The notes: generated by a model from the sequence alone, not told the origin. Numbered from the whole stretch's first letter, positions 1 through 14,460 are shown. The stretch: DNA of 63,978 nt, filler included, from Vannella sp. (GCA_023345925.1; 8 parts of 8 records of this genome joined end to end with filler, not necessarily neighbours in it), one strand, 5' to 3'. Program-made: numbers and translations.

Positions 1-407
1 ACCAGTTCCTCAACCAGTCCCACTGCTGTTTGCACACCGTTTAACACATGTCTCGATCTCTCTTTAAAAACAAACAAATCTACTAATAATAGGATGCGAT
101 ACGTTCCTTTTACTGTGTTTAAAGTTCGTACAGGCGTCTAGCACATCAAAATAACCGGATTTGTGAGTGAGACTGATTGCACACAAGCGACATGCCATAA
201 CTATTTGAGGATCTCCCACACAACATATCATCTCCTCAAAATGCCATGAAAGTTCATCTTGAGCTCTAAAACAGGTCGAAGGTGAAACAAGCTGAAAACG
301 AAGAGAAAGTTCACGGCCCAGCCGTGAATTCTCTCGAAGCGAAAAAATTCGACCATTTATGTGTTTGGATGGCGATTGAGACATGACTCGTCAATAAACG
401 AGAATAA

Positions 408-1973
<1,566 letters not shown>

Positions 1974-2067
1974 CTTAGCAGCTCTCACCTCATTACCAAA
2001 CATGAATCCCATTCGTTCTTTAATGTTGGGAAGAGTTTAGGCTGTTGCAGGGCATTCTTTGGCTGTC

Positions 2068-5000
2068 ATGGACGAGGCGCAGCAGAAGCGCCATCGCGTT
2101 CCCAAGGCGGGTGGTAAGGCTGAGAAGAAGAAGGCTAAGAAGCAGGCACAGAGGAATCCTACTACAGTAGAGAGTGCTCGTGCGCGCAACCCCAAGGTAA
2201 CAGGATCGCCCGATGATCGCGGCTTTATTGACGCAGTTGGGCGGGGAAAGGCTTTCGCCTATCAGTCTGTGGACAAGGCCATTCGCAAAGAGCGAAAGCA
2301 ACTTGACAATGACTTACGAAGGACCAACGTGCCCCTCAAGGAGCGCGCAGCCACTCCTTCTAGTCTTACCACGGACAAGACTCCGCCTGTGATCATCTCA
2401 GTCGTTGGGCCTCCTGGCGTGGGAAAGACTACCTGTAAGCCACTACTTCCACCCTCGTCAAGGCTCTACACGGACTGATCTTGACGAATCAGTGGTTCAA
2501 TCGATGATCCGGCACTACACAAGGCAGACCATTGTGGATCCCACCGGTCCTATCACTGTAGTAACAGGGAAGAAGCGACGGTTGACCTTCTTTGAGTGCG
2601 GGAACGACCTGAATTCGATGATCGATTGCGCAAAGATCTCTGATCTCATCCTCCTTGTGATTGACGGCCACTTTGGCTTTGAAATGGTGTGTAACTTGAA
2701 CTCCTGGGAAGGGCAGACTGTCTTACCGAGCCTGGAATGCAGGAAACCTTCGAGTTCTTGAACATTCTTCAAGTTCATGGCTTCCCTCGAGTGATGGGAG
2801 TCCTCACGAACTTGGATCACATTAAGAGCGGCAAGTCTCTTCGTAAGACAAAGAAGAGGCTGAAGCACCGCTTCCAGACTGAGATCTACCCGGTAGGTGG
2901 TGCCAGAGAGTGCCTGATCATGTGACGCTGACCCTTGGACGGCGTGCTTGAAGGGAGCAAAGCTTTTCTACTTCTCAGGTATCCTGAATGGCAAGTACCC
3001 AAAGCTGCAAGTCCAGAATCTTGGCCGTTTCATCTCTGTGATGAAGTTCAAGCCCCTCAAATGGCAGAACTCTCATCCGTACATGATCGCTGATCGCATG
3101 GAAGACCTCACTCATCCTCAGAAGATCCAGGATGATGGTACAGTCGACCGCCGTGTTGTCCTTTACGGTTATCTTCGAGGGACTCGCCTGAAGCCGGGCA
3201 GTAAGGTCCACATTCCTGGCTGTGATGACTTTTGGTTGGAAGATGTGACTGAAATGGCGGATCCTTGTCCTTTGCCTGACACGACTGCCATCCGCAGGAC
3301 CCTCTCGGACAAACAGAGACAACTTTATGCTCCTTTTAGCAACGTTTCCAACATTGCCTTGGACAAGGATGCCACTTACATCGAGATAGCTGACCACAAG
3401 GTGGTCTTCACAAAGCAGGATGGTGAGGAGGAGGATGATGAAGAGCAATTGGCTCTTGGGGAGAAAATGGTGAGAACTTTGCAGCAGAACGGCCAAGCCA
3501 TTGACCAGAAGCTTGACGAAGCGACAATTTCTCTTTTCTCTCACTCTGCTCCCATTCAGTCTTCTTCCCGTGTCCGCCGTCCGATGATCTTCAAGAATGA
3601 TGACGAAGAAGACGGAGATAGTGACGGAGAGAGCGACGATGAAGGCCTTGATGGCGCTGATCTTCGTGCCATGGAGGAAAGTGACCAAGAGGACGAGTTA
3701 TCAGGTGGAGAGGGAGCTGAAAGTGACAGTGAATCCAGCGAAGAGGGCGATGGGAGCTTCTTCAAGAGCGTCCAGTCGCCCATTTCAAGTGACAAATCAA
3801 AGTCGACACTCGCTGGAGGGTCTGGTTGGTTCGATAAGGCAACCTCTTTGTATCGTAGCAAAGGAAAGAACTTGATGGAATTGGTTTATGGTGAACGAGC
3901 TATCGCCACGAAAGAGAACAGCGACGATGAGAATGACGACCTTCTTCGGCTGGTTGTGGACAAACAGAGAGAAACCTCGGTTCATTTCAACCGGTTGGAT
4001 TCAAGCAAGTTCCAGACAGCAGAGGAAGACTACATTGCTTGGAAAGACGACGAAGAGGCTCTAGAACTCCTGAGGAGCAAGTTTTCTGATGCAGCATGGT
4101 TCGATGACGTTGACCAGAGCCTTGTGAATGACTCAGATGAAGAAGTCTTCGGTGATTTTGAAGATTTGGAGGCCGAAGGAGCTGAAGTTAGCGGCAAAGG
4201 TAACGATAGCGATGATGGAGACGAGGAAAGTGGCGAAATGAGTGACGAGGAAGAAGGAAAGGTGGATGAACAGAAGATGGACCGTCTCAAGAAGAAGGAG
4301 GCACTGAAAGCCAAGTTCAATGCCGAGTACGACGACGACGAGGAGGAGAAGGACTACTTGGGCGAGTTAAAAGAAGAGGTATCTCGACAAGAGCAACTGA
4401 ACCGCGACGAATTCGCACAGGATGACCCTTCTCTTCGTGCTCAGCTTCTTGGACACGAAGCCGGAACTTACGTTCGTATTCAGATCTCTGGTGTGCCTTG
4501 TGAGTTTGTCAAACACTTCAATCCCAAAGTGCCGCTGGTTATGGGAGGCTTATTACCAAACGAACACAATCTGGGCTTCGTTCAGACTCGCCTGAAGCGA
4601 CATCGTTGGCATCGGAAGATCCTGAAGACCAATGATCCTCTGATTGTCTCCATGGGATGGAGGCGCTTCCAAACTTTGCCTCTTTACTCGTTAGCGGATG
4701 ATGCACTTCGTCACCGCATGCTCAAGTACACTCCCGAGCACATGCACTGCTTTGGCACCTTCTATGGCCCTGTCACTCCCCCCAACACCGGATTTATGGC
4801 ATTCCAGAAGATGGAAGGAAACGTTTCTACCTTCCGTGTCGCCGTGACAGGAGTAGTGTTGGAAGTGGACCAAAGTTTCCAGATAGTCAAGAAGCTGAAG
4901 CTCACTGGCGCCCCATTTAAGACCTTCAAGAACACTGCGTTTATTCGAAACATGTTCAACTCTGAGCTTGAAGTTGCTAAATTCACCGGAGCAGCTATCC

Positions 5001-5692
5001 GAACTGTGAGTGGAGTCCGCGGGCAGATCAAAAAGTCCTTAAAGACTCCTGGAACGTTCCGAGCAACATTCGAAGACAAAATCTTGATGAGTGATGTTGT
5101 GTTCTTGCGGACTTGGTATCCCGTTCACCCACAAAAGTACTATAACCCCGTCACTTCTCTCTTGGAGCAAGATTGGGCTCGAATGAAGACTGTGTTTGAG
5201 CTTCGAAAGGAGCGGGAGATGAAGATCCCACTGAATAGAGATTCCCTCTACAAGGTAAGAACTCTCCATCAATCTGAAGGACGACAACTGACGACAGACT
5301 AGCCAATTGTTCGTGAGGCACGAAAATTCAACTCTTTGAAGATTCCAAAGTCTTTGGAGAAGGACCTTCCCTTTGCTGCTAAGCAAAAGTCCCTCCCCAA
5401 GAAAGAGTCTCAGTTGGACCGACCTGTCCTCATCGGCTACAAGAACAAACAGGAAAAGCAAGTGGACCTGATTCTTCAACAGTTAGGGACCATCAAGAAC
5501 GACAAAGTTCAAAAGGCGCGCGAGAAGAAGAAAGAATCTCTCGCAAAGCGCGAGAAGGAACTGAAAGTCCAGCAGGATCAGCTTGACAGGAGAGCCAAAG
5601 ATTCCCGCAAACGCGTTTTCCGTCTCCAAGGCATTGAAGAAGAACGGGCAGCTAAGAAGCGCAAGTTTGGCAACAGCAAAGATCAGGATTAG
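2068..5692 (+). CDS. BMS1: Ribosome biogenesis GTPase BMS1, 6 exons
   Basis: RNPK|AFA, GPPGVGKT, GPITVVTGKKRRLTFFEC, HRWHRKILKTNDPL, HRMLKYTPEHMHC, FRATFEDKILMSD; acidic central region. Confidence 0.95.
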
Positions 5693-5788
5693 GTCCACTC
5701 TTCTCCACCGCCCGTGAGGATTCCAATTCATTGATTTTATCCAATCGACCCTTAAAGTCCGTGAAACAGAATAGTGCCTTGAAGGGTG

Positions 5789-6481
5789 TCAGGTGGCACT
5801 TTGACAGTGCCAATTCAGCACGTTAGCAGCGTACCTCTCGCCCAGCTTTCGCAGTGAATCAGTGTCAAAGTGAAGATGGTCCCCAATGTGTGAAAGGCCA
5901 GCTGCCGAGACGATTTGGACGTTCTTGACGGAATTGGCAACGATGTGAAGCTGTCGATTGACCTCCTCATGATAGGGAATGCGGTCTTCGATGTCTGCAA
6001 GGAAGTAACCGAGCTCTCCTATCACAAAGGGAAGATCTGGGAGGTTGAGTTGGGCCCGGAGGCAAGCAATGGTGTCTGTCAGTCTCGAAGAATACGAGAG
6101 GGCCAGATGCTCTTCTATCGCATCGTTCTCTCCTTGGTGCCACAAGACTCCGACAATGCGGTGGCTCTTTTGGATCTCCTCGCAAGCAGCGATTGTCTTC
6201 GCATAGAAGCTGCCAGTCGGTTCCCACTCGCTTAACGGGGAGCCTCCTACAGCAAGTGGCACCAATCCAATAGAAGCAGAAGAGCTCTCCAAGTACTTGC
6301 CTGCAAACCAAACCGCAAGACTGCTTCCCGCAGTTGGCTTATCGCGGAACAGCGGCTGAGTCAACGAGTGCCAAGCTCCGTCCTCACGCCACACCAAAAC
6401 GTTCCCCGGCAGAAGATCCTCATCACCCATAGCACCTCGCCCCGCCATGTTGCTTTGCCCCATCAGCAAGAAGACATCCAT
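5789..6481 (-). CDS. SGNH-type sialate/acetylxylan O-acetylesterase (SASA/DUF303, CE6-like), intronless
   Basis: LLMGQSNMAGRG, GVLWHQGEND, DHLHFD motifs; ATG at 6481. Confidence 0.88.
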   Translation of the reverse strand: MDVFLLMGQSNMAGRGAMGDEDLLPGNVLVWREDGAWHSLTQPLFRDKPTAGSSLAVWFAGKYLESSSASIGLVPLAVGGSPLSEWEPTGSFYAKTIAACEEIQKSHRIVGVLWHQGENDAIEEHLALSYSSRLTDTIACLRAQLNLPDLPFVIGELGYFLADIEDRIPYHEEVNRQLHIVANSVKNVQIVSAAGLSHIGDHLHFDTDSLRKLGERYAANVLNWHCQSAT

Positions 6482-6587
6482 CGCCTCCAACACCTTCCTC
6501 AATCCTCCTGTGATAATGAAACTATATAAAATCATATTTTAAGTTACCATGGGTGTGAGAGGGTCATTCTTTGGGGTCATGTTCAAG

Positions 6588-6687
6588 NNNNNNNNNNNNN
6601 NNNNNNNNNNNNNNNNNNNNNNNNNNNNNNNTTAATTAATTAANNNNNNNNNNNNNNNNNNNNNNNNNNNNNNNNNNNNNNNNNNNN
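6588..6687. other. Artificial contig spacer
   Basis: 44 N + TTAATTAATTAA (stops in all six frames) + 44 N. Confidence 0.99.
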
Positions 6688-6709
6688 CTCATTCTTTTGT
6701 CTCTTTGGG

Positions 6710-9700
6710 ATGAAGCGAAGCCGCGCTCCATCCTCTTTGCATGCGAGTAAAGATCAGAAGACGCTGCTGTCACAGGCTCCAGGAGCTGGATCAAAACCCA
6801 CTGTTGTTGCTCCATTGGCGAGGAAGGTTGCGGCTCCCCTCCTCCGACCTCTGTTGAAGCCAAAAGTGGCGCCTGCTGCTGCTGCTGCAGAAGCTGCTGG
6901 AGATGAGCTCTTCCTAGTGTATGAAGTCTTCTGGACGAAGAGGAGTGCAAAGAAGCACAAGTCATACAGTGATGGTGAGTTGAACACCCTAATGCAGCGA
7001 TTGTGTGGAATAACCAGGTTCACACCCAAGGTATCCTTGTTATAAGAGGGCGCAAGGTCTCGTTGAGAGATATGGAGGGCAAAGAGATCGGCCAGACCCA
7101 GTCCTATGGAGTTAGTACCTTGCAGGATCTCAAGGAAGGGAACACTTTGGAGGTTGGCAACAAGGAGTTAGAGGTCTGATAGATCCAATTTCAAGTGGTT
7201 TCTGTGCTCAAATGACTTTCAGATAACCAGAGCAGCATCAACTGAAGACTTCGTATCGGGGCGGGTGTTTGCCAACGATGCCAAACCATCCACTGCTGGT
7301 ATCCCCCGTAGAGCTCCTGCGAAGATGAATGCCCAAGCAAAGAAGCCTGTCACTGTGAAGGCAAAGTACAGTGAAGAAGCTGAAGGCTCTGTCGTGTTGT
7401 ACAAGGCAGTGGGGAAGCAGGATGCCAGGTAAGTCACAAAGACCAAAAGACACAATCGTCTGCTTATGTTTTCCTAGTGGCACGCCACATTGCTCTGTTG
7501 TGGTGGATCCTTATCTTGGAAAGTAGGTTGCAGTCCATGTCAGATTTGTTCTCATAATCCATCAATAGGCATCTTCGCCCCCATCAAGTGGAGGGTGTCA
7601 AGTTCCTATTTGAATGTTGCGCAGGAATACGCAATGAAGGGTGGAATGGCTGTATTCTTGCTGATGCTATGTAAGCAAGAAAGGCCGAACGAAGCGAAGT
7701 TGACTAACCTGGCAAAAGGGGTTTGGGTAAAACCCTGCAAGCTATCGCTCTCCTTTACACCTTGCTCCAGCAGAACCCACATGGTGGTGTGACTATCCAA
7801 AAGGCTCTTATCATCTGTCCCAGCTCTCTTGTTGACGTAGGTTCCCTCTCCTGGTTGCTGGATCCTCACACTTAGCTCCTTCATAGAATTGGAAAAAGGA
7901 ACTTAACCACTGGCTGGGAGTGCGTATCAAACCACTGGTCATTGGAGGTGATTGCGCAAAGAAGGAAATCACTTCGACACTGGTTTCCTACATGCAAAGT
8001 GCCATGAACAATGTTCTGATCATTTCCTACGGCTACTTCAAGCGCAATGTGAAAGACCTTCAAAAATGCAATGTGGATCTGATCTTGTGCGATGAGGTGA
8101 GATTGCGATTATTCAGTGCCACTGACGCGGCTAACTCTTTCTTAAGGGCCATAAGCTCAAGAACGGAGCGTCCCAGATCACCAAAGCACTCAACTCGATG
8201 CCCACGAAGAGAAGAGTCATTCTATCCGGCACTCCCATCCAGAACGACTTGCAAGAGTTCTACTACATCCTGGACATTGTGAATCCTGGAGTCATGGGAA
8301 GCCTAGCAGCGTTCAAACGAGTGTACGAGAAGCCAATTCTTCAAAGCAGAGAACGGAATTGTAAGCCAAGCGTGCGTGAAGAAGGAGATGCCCGCGCAAT
8401 GGAGCTCTCCCGCCGGTGCAACATGTTCATTCTACGACGCAATGCCAACATCCTGATCCCCTACTTGCCTCCAAAGGTGGAGCAAGTGATCTTCTGCCGA
8501 CTCTCCGATGTCCAAATCCAGCTTTACAACTTCTTCCTCAAGTCCCGTAACTTCATGAGCGAGATCATGGAGTCCATGTCCTACGCCTTTGCGTGCATCC
8601 AACGTGTGAGCAAGCTCTGCAACCACCCTGCTTTGATATACGAGAAGATGAGCAGCGAATTCGAAGAGGCTCTCCCACTCTTTGGTGAGGACTTTGACCC
8701 CCAACAGTGCCAGCCTGAGTATTCTGGGAAGATCCTGGCTTTGGACCGGTTGCTCAAGTTCGTGCGAGAGTCTGGAAAGGACAACAAGGTGGTGGTTGTC
8801 TCCAATTACACTAAGACCTTGGATTTGCTCGAACTGCTGTTCAAACGAAGAAGTTATTCTTTTCTGCGTCTAGATGGCTCAACTGAGTCTGGCAAGAGAA
8901 TGAAGCTTGTGGAACGCTTCAACAGCCGACACTCTCCTGAGTTCGTCTTTCTTCTATCCAGTAAGGCTGGCGGAGTGGGACTCAACCTAATTGGAGGGAA
9001 TCGTCTCGTCCTTTTGGATCCAGACTGGAATCCAGCAACTGATGAGCAAGCCATGGCACGTATCTGGCGTGAAGGCCAGCCCAAGCCAGTGTGGATCTAT
9101 CGATTCATCTCCACTGGTACCATCGAAGAGAAGATTTACCAGCGACAGATGCGAAAGCAGGCTCTCTCACGCTCCATTGTCGATGAGTCCTTGGCAGAGA
9201 AGCGGAACTTTACCAACGATGAGCTCAAGCGGCTCTTTGAACTGAACTTGGACACCGATTCGGAGACCCATCAACTACTGGGCTGCAACTGCACTGAAGC
9301 AGAACCCAGTGGGAGGAAGAATGTAGCGGCTAGTGAGATGGGAGGCGTCAATCTGGGAGAGGATGATGGGTGGAAGCACCATTGCCAAGCCTCCGACTGC
9401 TCTGACCCTGCTTTAGCAAAGATCGACAACTCCTTCCAAAGCGAGCTCACTGGCCACGAGAACCTCATTTCCTTTGTGTTTGAGCACCAAACCAAGGATC
9501 TGGGTGATGTTCCAGCCCCCAAACGCGTTGTAGAAGAGCCCAAAAAGTACCTGGGCTATGAATCCGACGACTTTGTCGCAAAACCACGCGGCAGGCTCGT
9601 CCTCCCCTCATCAGACGAAGACGAACCAGCCACTCCCGCTCCCATCCAGCCAGACAGCCTCCTTGACGAAGAAGACAACGAACTGGCGGAATTCCTCGCC

Positions 9701-9724
9701 ACCTCTTCCCCAGAGAGCGGGTAA
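6710..9724 (+). CDS. RAD54B: RAD54B/Rdh54-like SNF2 DNA translocase, multi-exon
   Basis: Starts MKRSRAPS; N-terminal [15 protein letters not shown] domain; [62 protein letters not shown]. Confidence 0.85.
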
Positions 9725-9786
9725 AGTTCACTTTCCCGCCCATTTCCGGTTCCTTTGCGAGGCCATTTGCTGTTCGCTTGCCCCCG

Positions 9787-11859
9787 ATGGAGGTCATGAG
9801 CGAGTGGGCGAATGGGGGAGAGAAGGAGTTGGCAGAGGCGTTGGCGGAAGTGTTTAAGAGGGGCGCGCCTCCTTCAAAGAGGCGCATCGACCCCATTTGC
9901 CGTGTTGCTGTCACCTACATGAAGGTGAGTGGGTTTGGACGAGCTAGGTTGGAGGTAACTGAGTGGGTGAGATAGTTCTACAAGCATGTGGTTCATCTTA
10001 TTCTCAAAGCAGCTCGGGGAGCCAGAGAGGACACTCGGATGTCGCTGTTGTGCGTCTCTCCCTCTCTTCTCCTTCTTGAGCCAGCTCTTACCTATGGAGA
10101 AGGTTCGTTATCGATGCAGTGTGTAGGTCTACACGTGGAAGAAGGGGAGGGGAGCTATATCCCGCCCGGTTCACCAAAGAAGCTGACGTCTTCATTGCCG
10201 ACCTGCTGGAGTGCCCACGCTCCGATTGGGTCAGCTCTCCGTATGCCATAACCTTTTCTTACTCACCCTGAGTAGGACCTGGCTCTGAAGATCATGCGCC
10301 ATTGGCAAGCGAACGAGATCTTTCCAACCGCCGTTCTGGAGAAGCTCGATGCGGCCTGCCAACGCATTTCCAAGCAGTCTATCATGAACGGGTTGACCAA
10401 AGGAGGGGAGACTAGCACCCCACCTGCTGGTAGATACAGTGAGATGGGAGAGAGGTACCCTCCTTCCTCCATTCCCCCAGCAGGTGCTGGTGTTGGTGTC
10501 GGGCCGGGGCTGGGGCTCAATAGGATTGAGTTCCCCATGAGCTATCCTGGGCAAGGGACAGGATTCCCTTACTACCCAAGTGCGCCACATCCTGTTAGCT
10601 TCCCTCAGCCCTCTGGCCCGGCAGTGGCCATTGACCCAGCCATGTTGGCTCATTATCAGATGCTTTTGCAGGGCCGAGCACAGATGGACACTAATAACTC
10701 GAGTACTGCTGCCACTCCGTACACATCTGGCTTTCCAGGACAAGAGAACGCTTCCCTTTCAGATAGGAGGCAACCCTCGTTTGACCGTTCTTTCCCTCCT
10801 GCCCGGGAGGAAGAGAGAGAAGAATGGGGATCTCGTGAACGTGGACGTGGGCGTGAGCGTGACGAGAGATATCGGGAAACTAGCGAGAGTGACCGCAACC
10901 GACCAACAAGAGAACGGAACGGTTCTCGACAAAGCCCTTCTCCTCCCAGACGGCCTCAAATCGTCAAGCGATGGGACCCTTCTTCAAGAGCCAATCGAGG
11001 GCGTCTGCCAGGCGATCCAATCTATTACCAGAAACCAATCAAAGGTGACATTCCCGCTCGCCTCTCCCTTCTAGTGGTTGCTGACACCCGCTAGTTCTTT
11101 CCACAACCGTATACTTTGGTAGATTACCACTGATTTCTTCTGATTTGGTGCTGAGGAACGCCCTGAAAGAGTTTGGAGAGATTCGGCACATTCACATCAG
11201 TAAAACGGGCGGCTTCGTCCAATTCACTTTCAGGAAGGATGCTGATGCGGTAAGAGAACACTTTTCACGTACGGACTTGCTTGGAACCCGTGTGAAGGTA
11301 AGAAAGTCCTTTCTGAGCTCCAAATGTCTCACACAATCGGAAGTTGGGTTGGGGATTGAGTCCTGGCATTTGCAAAGAGACTTTTGATACGTCCAACGGT
11401 GAGGGAGAAGTCCTGCCTTGTCTGCTATGCCCAGAAATGTTGGAAGACATGCAAGCCCGTGGAATTGTCATCCACAATCCCAACGAGGACATCCGAGTCT
11501 CGGCCAATTCAGAGGGCTGGGGCCCTCACTTTACTGACCGTAGGTCTCCTCCTCGATATGAGAGCTCGGGAGATCGCAGGTCACCGCCACGAAGAACCAG
11601 TGAACCGTATGGCCGAGGGGAAGATACAAGATACCGCTCCCCTGCTCGAGGCCATGAGTCTTCTCGCGGCTACGCCAGAGACCGCCCATCACCTCCAAGA
11701 CCCAATGATTCCTACAGTAGTCGCCAGCCGCCAGCCCGCCGGGAAGAGCCCAGCTGGGACCGGCGCTCTCCCCCTCCGAGAGGTTCCCGTCCAGGAGACA
11801 AGCGCTCTCGCGAAGATAGCTGGGTCTCTGAGCGTGCTAACAAGCGGCCTCATTACTGA
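9787..11859 (+). CDS. CID-domain + RRM RNA-binding protein with RS/RE-rich regions (SCAF4/8, Nrd1/Seb1-like)
   Basis: Helical N-terminus (SKRRIDPICRVAV...FYKHVVHLI...FVIDAV), spliced RRM (TTVYFG...GGFVQF...VKVGWG), SP/RS-rich tail. Confidence 0.7.
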
Positions 11860-11896
11860 AGCGTCGCGAGCAACCCATAACACTCGCTACCACTTA

Positions 11897-12802
11897 TTAT
11901 GGCTTTTGGCAGAGGTGCAGGTGGAGAGGCCACTCGATAATCAAGCTACTAGAAGGTCCCACAGAGCTCTGGAGCATAGCTTGGGCAGACTGGAGTGGAC
12001 AGGGAGTGTCTGGAGCGAGTTGGGACTCTCTTTGACGTCGAAGGAACGTTTGGTAGGCCGAGAATGTGGTCAAATAGCCCACAGCCCCTTCTACAGACGT
12101 CTCTTGGCTCATGACCAAGTTATATCTGAACAGAGAGTCTCAGAATCTTCCAAAGCAGGCCCAGTCGTCCTGCTTACCGCTCTTGGCGAGGATAAGGCAA
12201 CTCGAGATGAGCGTACCCGTCATCCACGAGCTTTCTCTGCGGCTCCCAGCACTTGTTGGCCCAGAGGAACGCGTGAAAGTCGGTAATAGCTTGGGAGGCT
12301 AGGGGATTGTCCCTCACACGAGGCACACCGTAGCCCCAGATGGCGATTGATCCTCCAGGTCGAAGGACTCGCTCGCATTGCCTCCATACCTCTTCTTGCT
12401 TCATCCAGTGCATCTAATTGGTCGTTAGTGGACCTTGTCTTGCAGGAGAGGCTCACTCACCGCCTGTGCAATGGTGAGAAGGTCAACACTGCCAGGAAGG
12501 ACGAAGGGAAGGTGTTCTACACCTCCTAGCTGGAACTCAACGTTATCCAGTTGAAGCTCTTTCTTCGCAGCGTCCAATTGGGAAGCAGAGGGGTCCACAG
12601 CGATGACTTTCCGGAAGTTCTTCGCCAAAACGGAGGTTGCCTGCCCCGTCCCGCATCCCACATCCACCGCTAGCTCTCGCAGAGGTGCCTCTCTTCCTTC
12701 TCCAACCCAAGCCATCACTCTGTCAAACAGAGTAGCAGGATAAGTGGGACGAAAGTGCGCGTACGCGCTCCCATCCACAAAGAGCCTTCCCAGGGTAGCC
12801 AT
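11897..12802 (-). CDS. Class I SAM-dependent methyltransferase (Methyltransf_11, Crg1/Tmt1-like), 3 exons
   Basis: YAHFRPTYP, VDVGCGTGQAT, AQA|MHW, RVLRPGG. Confidence 0.85.
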
Positions 12803-12873
12803 GCTGTGGAGGAGGAATGAGAAAGTAACGTTTAAAGGAGAGAATACACATCAGAGTGGCCAAGGCGGAAGAA

Positions 12874-13326
12874 CTACTCCACGGGGGCGGCCTGCAACTT
12901 GGTCTGTTTGGTTTGGTAGTCTTTGATAGCAGCTTTGATAGCGTCTTCTGCTAGCATACTGCAGTGTTTCTTGATGGGGGGAAGGGAGAGGTGAGCGGCG
13001 ATCTCCTTGTCTTGAACGTTCATGGCGTCCTCCAACTTCATGCCTTTGATCCATTCGGTAGCAAGGGAGCTACTTGCAATGGCAGAACCACACCCAAAGG
13101 TTTTAAAGGCGACATCAACGATCTTGCCCTCCTCGACCTTGATTTGGAGCTTCATCACATCCCCACACGCAGGAGCCCCAACAATACCAGTTCCCACCGA
13201 TGGAGAGCTCTTGTCAAAGCTTCCCACATTACGAGGGTTCTCGCAGTGATCAATCACTCGGTCGTGATAAGCAGCTGTCCTCACAAGAGGGCGCAGAGAA
13301 CGGGAGAAGATGTTCCGCGCAAGCAT
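12874..13326 (-). CDS. ISCU: Mitochondrial Fe-S cluster scaffold protein
   Basis: NPRNVGS, GAPACGDVMKLQI, FKTFGCGSAIASSS, LPPIKKHCSMLAEDAI; Arg-rich presequence from ATG 13326. Confidence 0.96.
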   Translation of the reverse strand: MLARNIFSRSLRPLVRTAAYHDRVIDHCENPRNVGSFDKSSPSVGTGIVGAPACGDVMKLQIKVEEGKIVDVAFKTFGCGSAIASSSLATEWIKGMKLEDAMNVQDKEIAAHLSLPPIKKHCSMLAEDAIKAAIKDYQTKQTKLQAAPVE

Positions 13327-13490
13327 CAGATCAAATAATGGAGATTTCATCTTCTTCCTTCCAAAGCTTCGAGAATCGAGAGAAAGAAGTTTATTGACCA
13401 TTTATTGCAGACTACATTATCATATGTCAAACTTTTCCAAGAATTATATCCAAATTCCAGGAACTTTATTTAGTTATGACTTTTTTTCAG

Positions 13491-13590
13491 NNNNNNNNNN
13501 NNNNNNNNNNNNNNNNNNNNNNNNNNNNNNNNNNTTAATTAATTAANNNNNNNNNNNNNNNNNNNNNNNNNNNNNNNNNNNNNNNNNNNN
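13491..13590. other. Artificial contig spacer
   Basis: 44N-TTAATTAATTAA-44N. Confidence 0.99.
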
Positions 13591-13974
13591 TGATTGGCTC
13601 ACCAGCTCGGATCGGGTCAATCCCCCACCTTTTTTCCTATCAACGGTTCAATAGGAAATAAATTTCTGCGTCGGTGGGTATGACTGGTCATTCGTTTTGT
13701 TGGAATGGAAAACCAGAAGGCCCAGTTTCCTGTGAGCCCTTCAACCAGGCGAATTCTCATGGGACAATTCGTTAACTAACCACTTCTAAGTGGCAGCGTA
13801 GAGAACTAACCCTCTGTTTACTTGACTAATGCCACCTGGACGGACTTTCAAATTGTGCCATGAGGGAAGTCACAAGTGTGGGTGACGAAGGGTCCGACGT
13901 TCTCGGTTTAGAGTTTTGACCAAATATCTTGAGTGTTGCCCATTTTCTGCAAAGCAGGCACATCCTTTCAGGTG

Positions 13975-14007
13975 GAGAGAGTTCATGGCCCCACTAAACC
14001 ACGTCCA
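13975..14007 (-). repeat. Fragment of the dispersed intergenic cassette (distal module)
   Basis: GAGAGTTCATGGCCCCACTAAACCACGTCC matches the reverse complement of 16403-16436 and the forward sequence at 44377-44406. Confidence 0.65.
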
Positions 14008-14460
14008 CTTGACTCCTTTAAAGTACTTCTTACCCGTTTCGGTATGGCCTCCTGGAGGAGCCCTCCGGTGCAACTCAAAACTGTGAATGCCTTTTTTCTT
14101 TTCGCCTTCTGGGGAGACTGGGATTGGCACGGATGATATTCTCAACAGCTTTGTGGGTTTCAGCACCAACTTCTGCTGATTTGCACCTCCTTGGACCTGC
14201 GTTGTTCCTTTCTCTGATTCACCCATAAACTTGGTCTTATGATATATCACGTACTTGGAAGGACTACGGAGGCAGTGAAGGGTTTGGAAATGAAGCTGCA
14301 GCGCACTGCTCTCTCACTACAGGTGAGTGTGAGGGTGAAAGCAACGAGGATTCTGAAAAGGAGAGCGATGATGGGAGTCTAGCTCGCGTTGGAAGCCGGC
14401 GTCCAGTCACTTCTGGGCTCATTTGATCATCCTCTCATCTCAAACCATGGAAAGTAGCAT

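Noticed and set aside
6588..6687. Recurrent TTAATTAATTAA flanked by N runs (seven times)
   Set aside because: Artificial six-frame-stop linker used to concatenate contigs. Adjacency across spacers carries no biological meaning.
11384..12286. 300-aa + strand ORF and many other long antisense or shifted ORFs (e.g. 18723-19451, 54036-54842, 47720-48394)
   Set aside because: They overlap well-supported genes and are shadow ORFs with no recognisable motifs.
13870..14250. 126-aa ORF on the - strand
   Set aside because: Non-ATG start, no recognisable domain, and it overlaps a fragment of the non-coding cassette.
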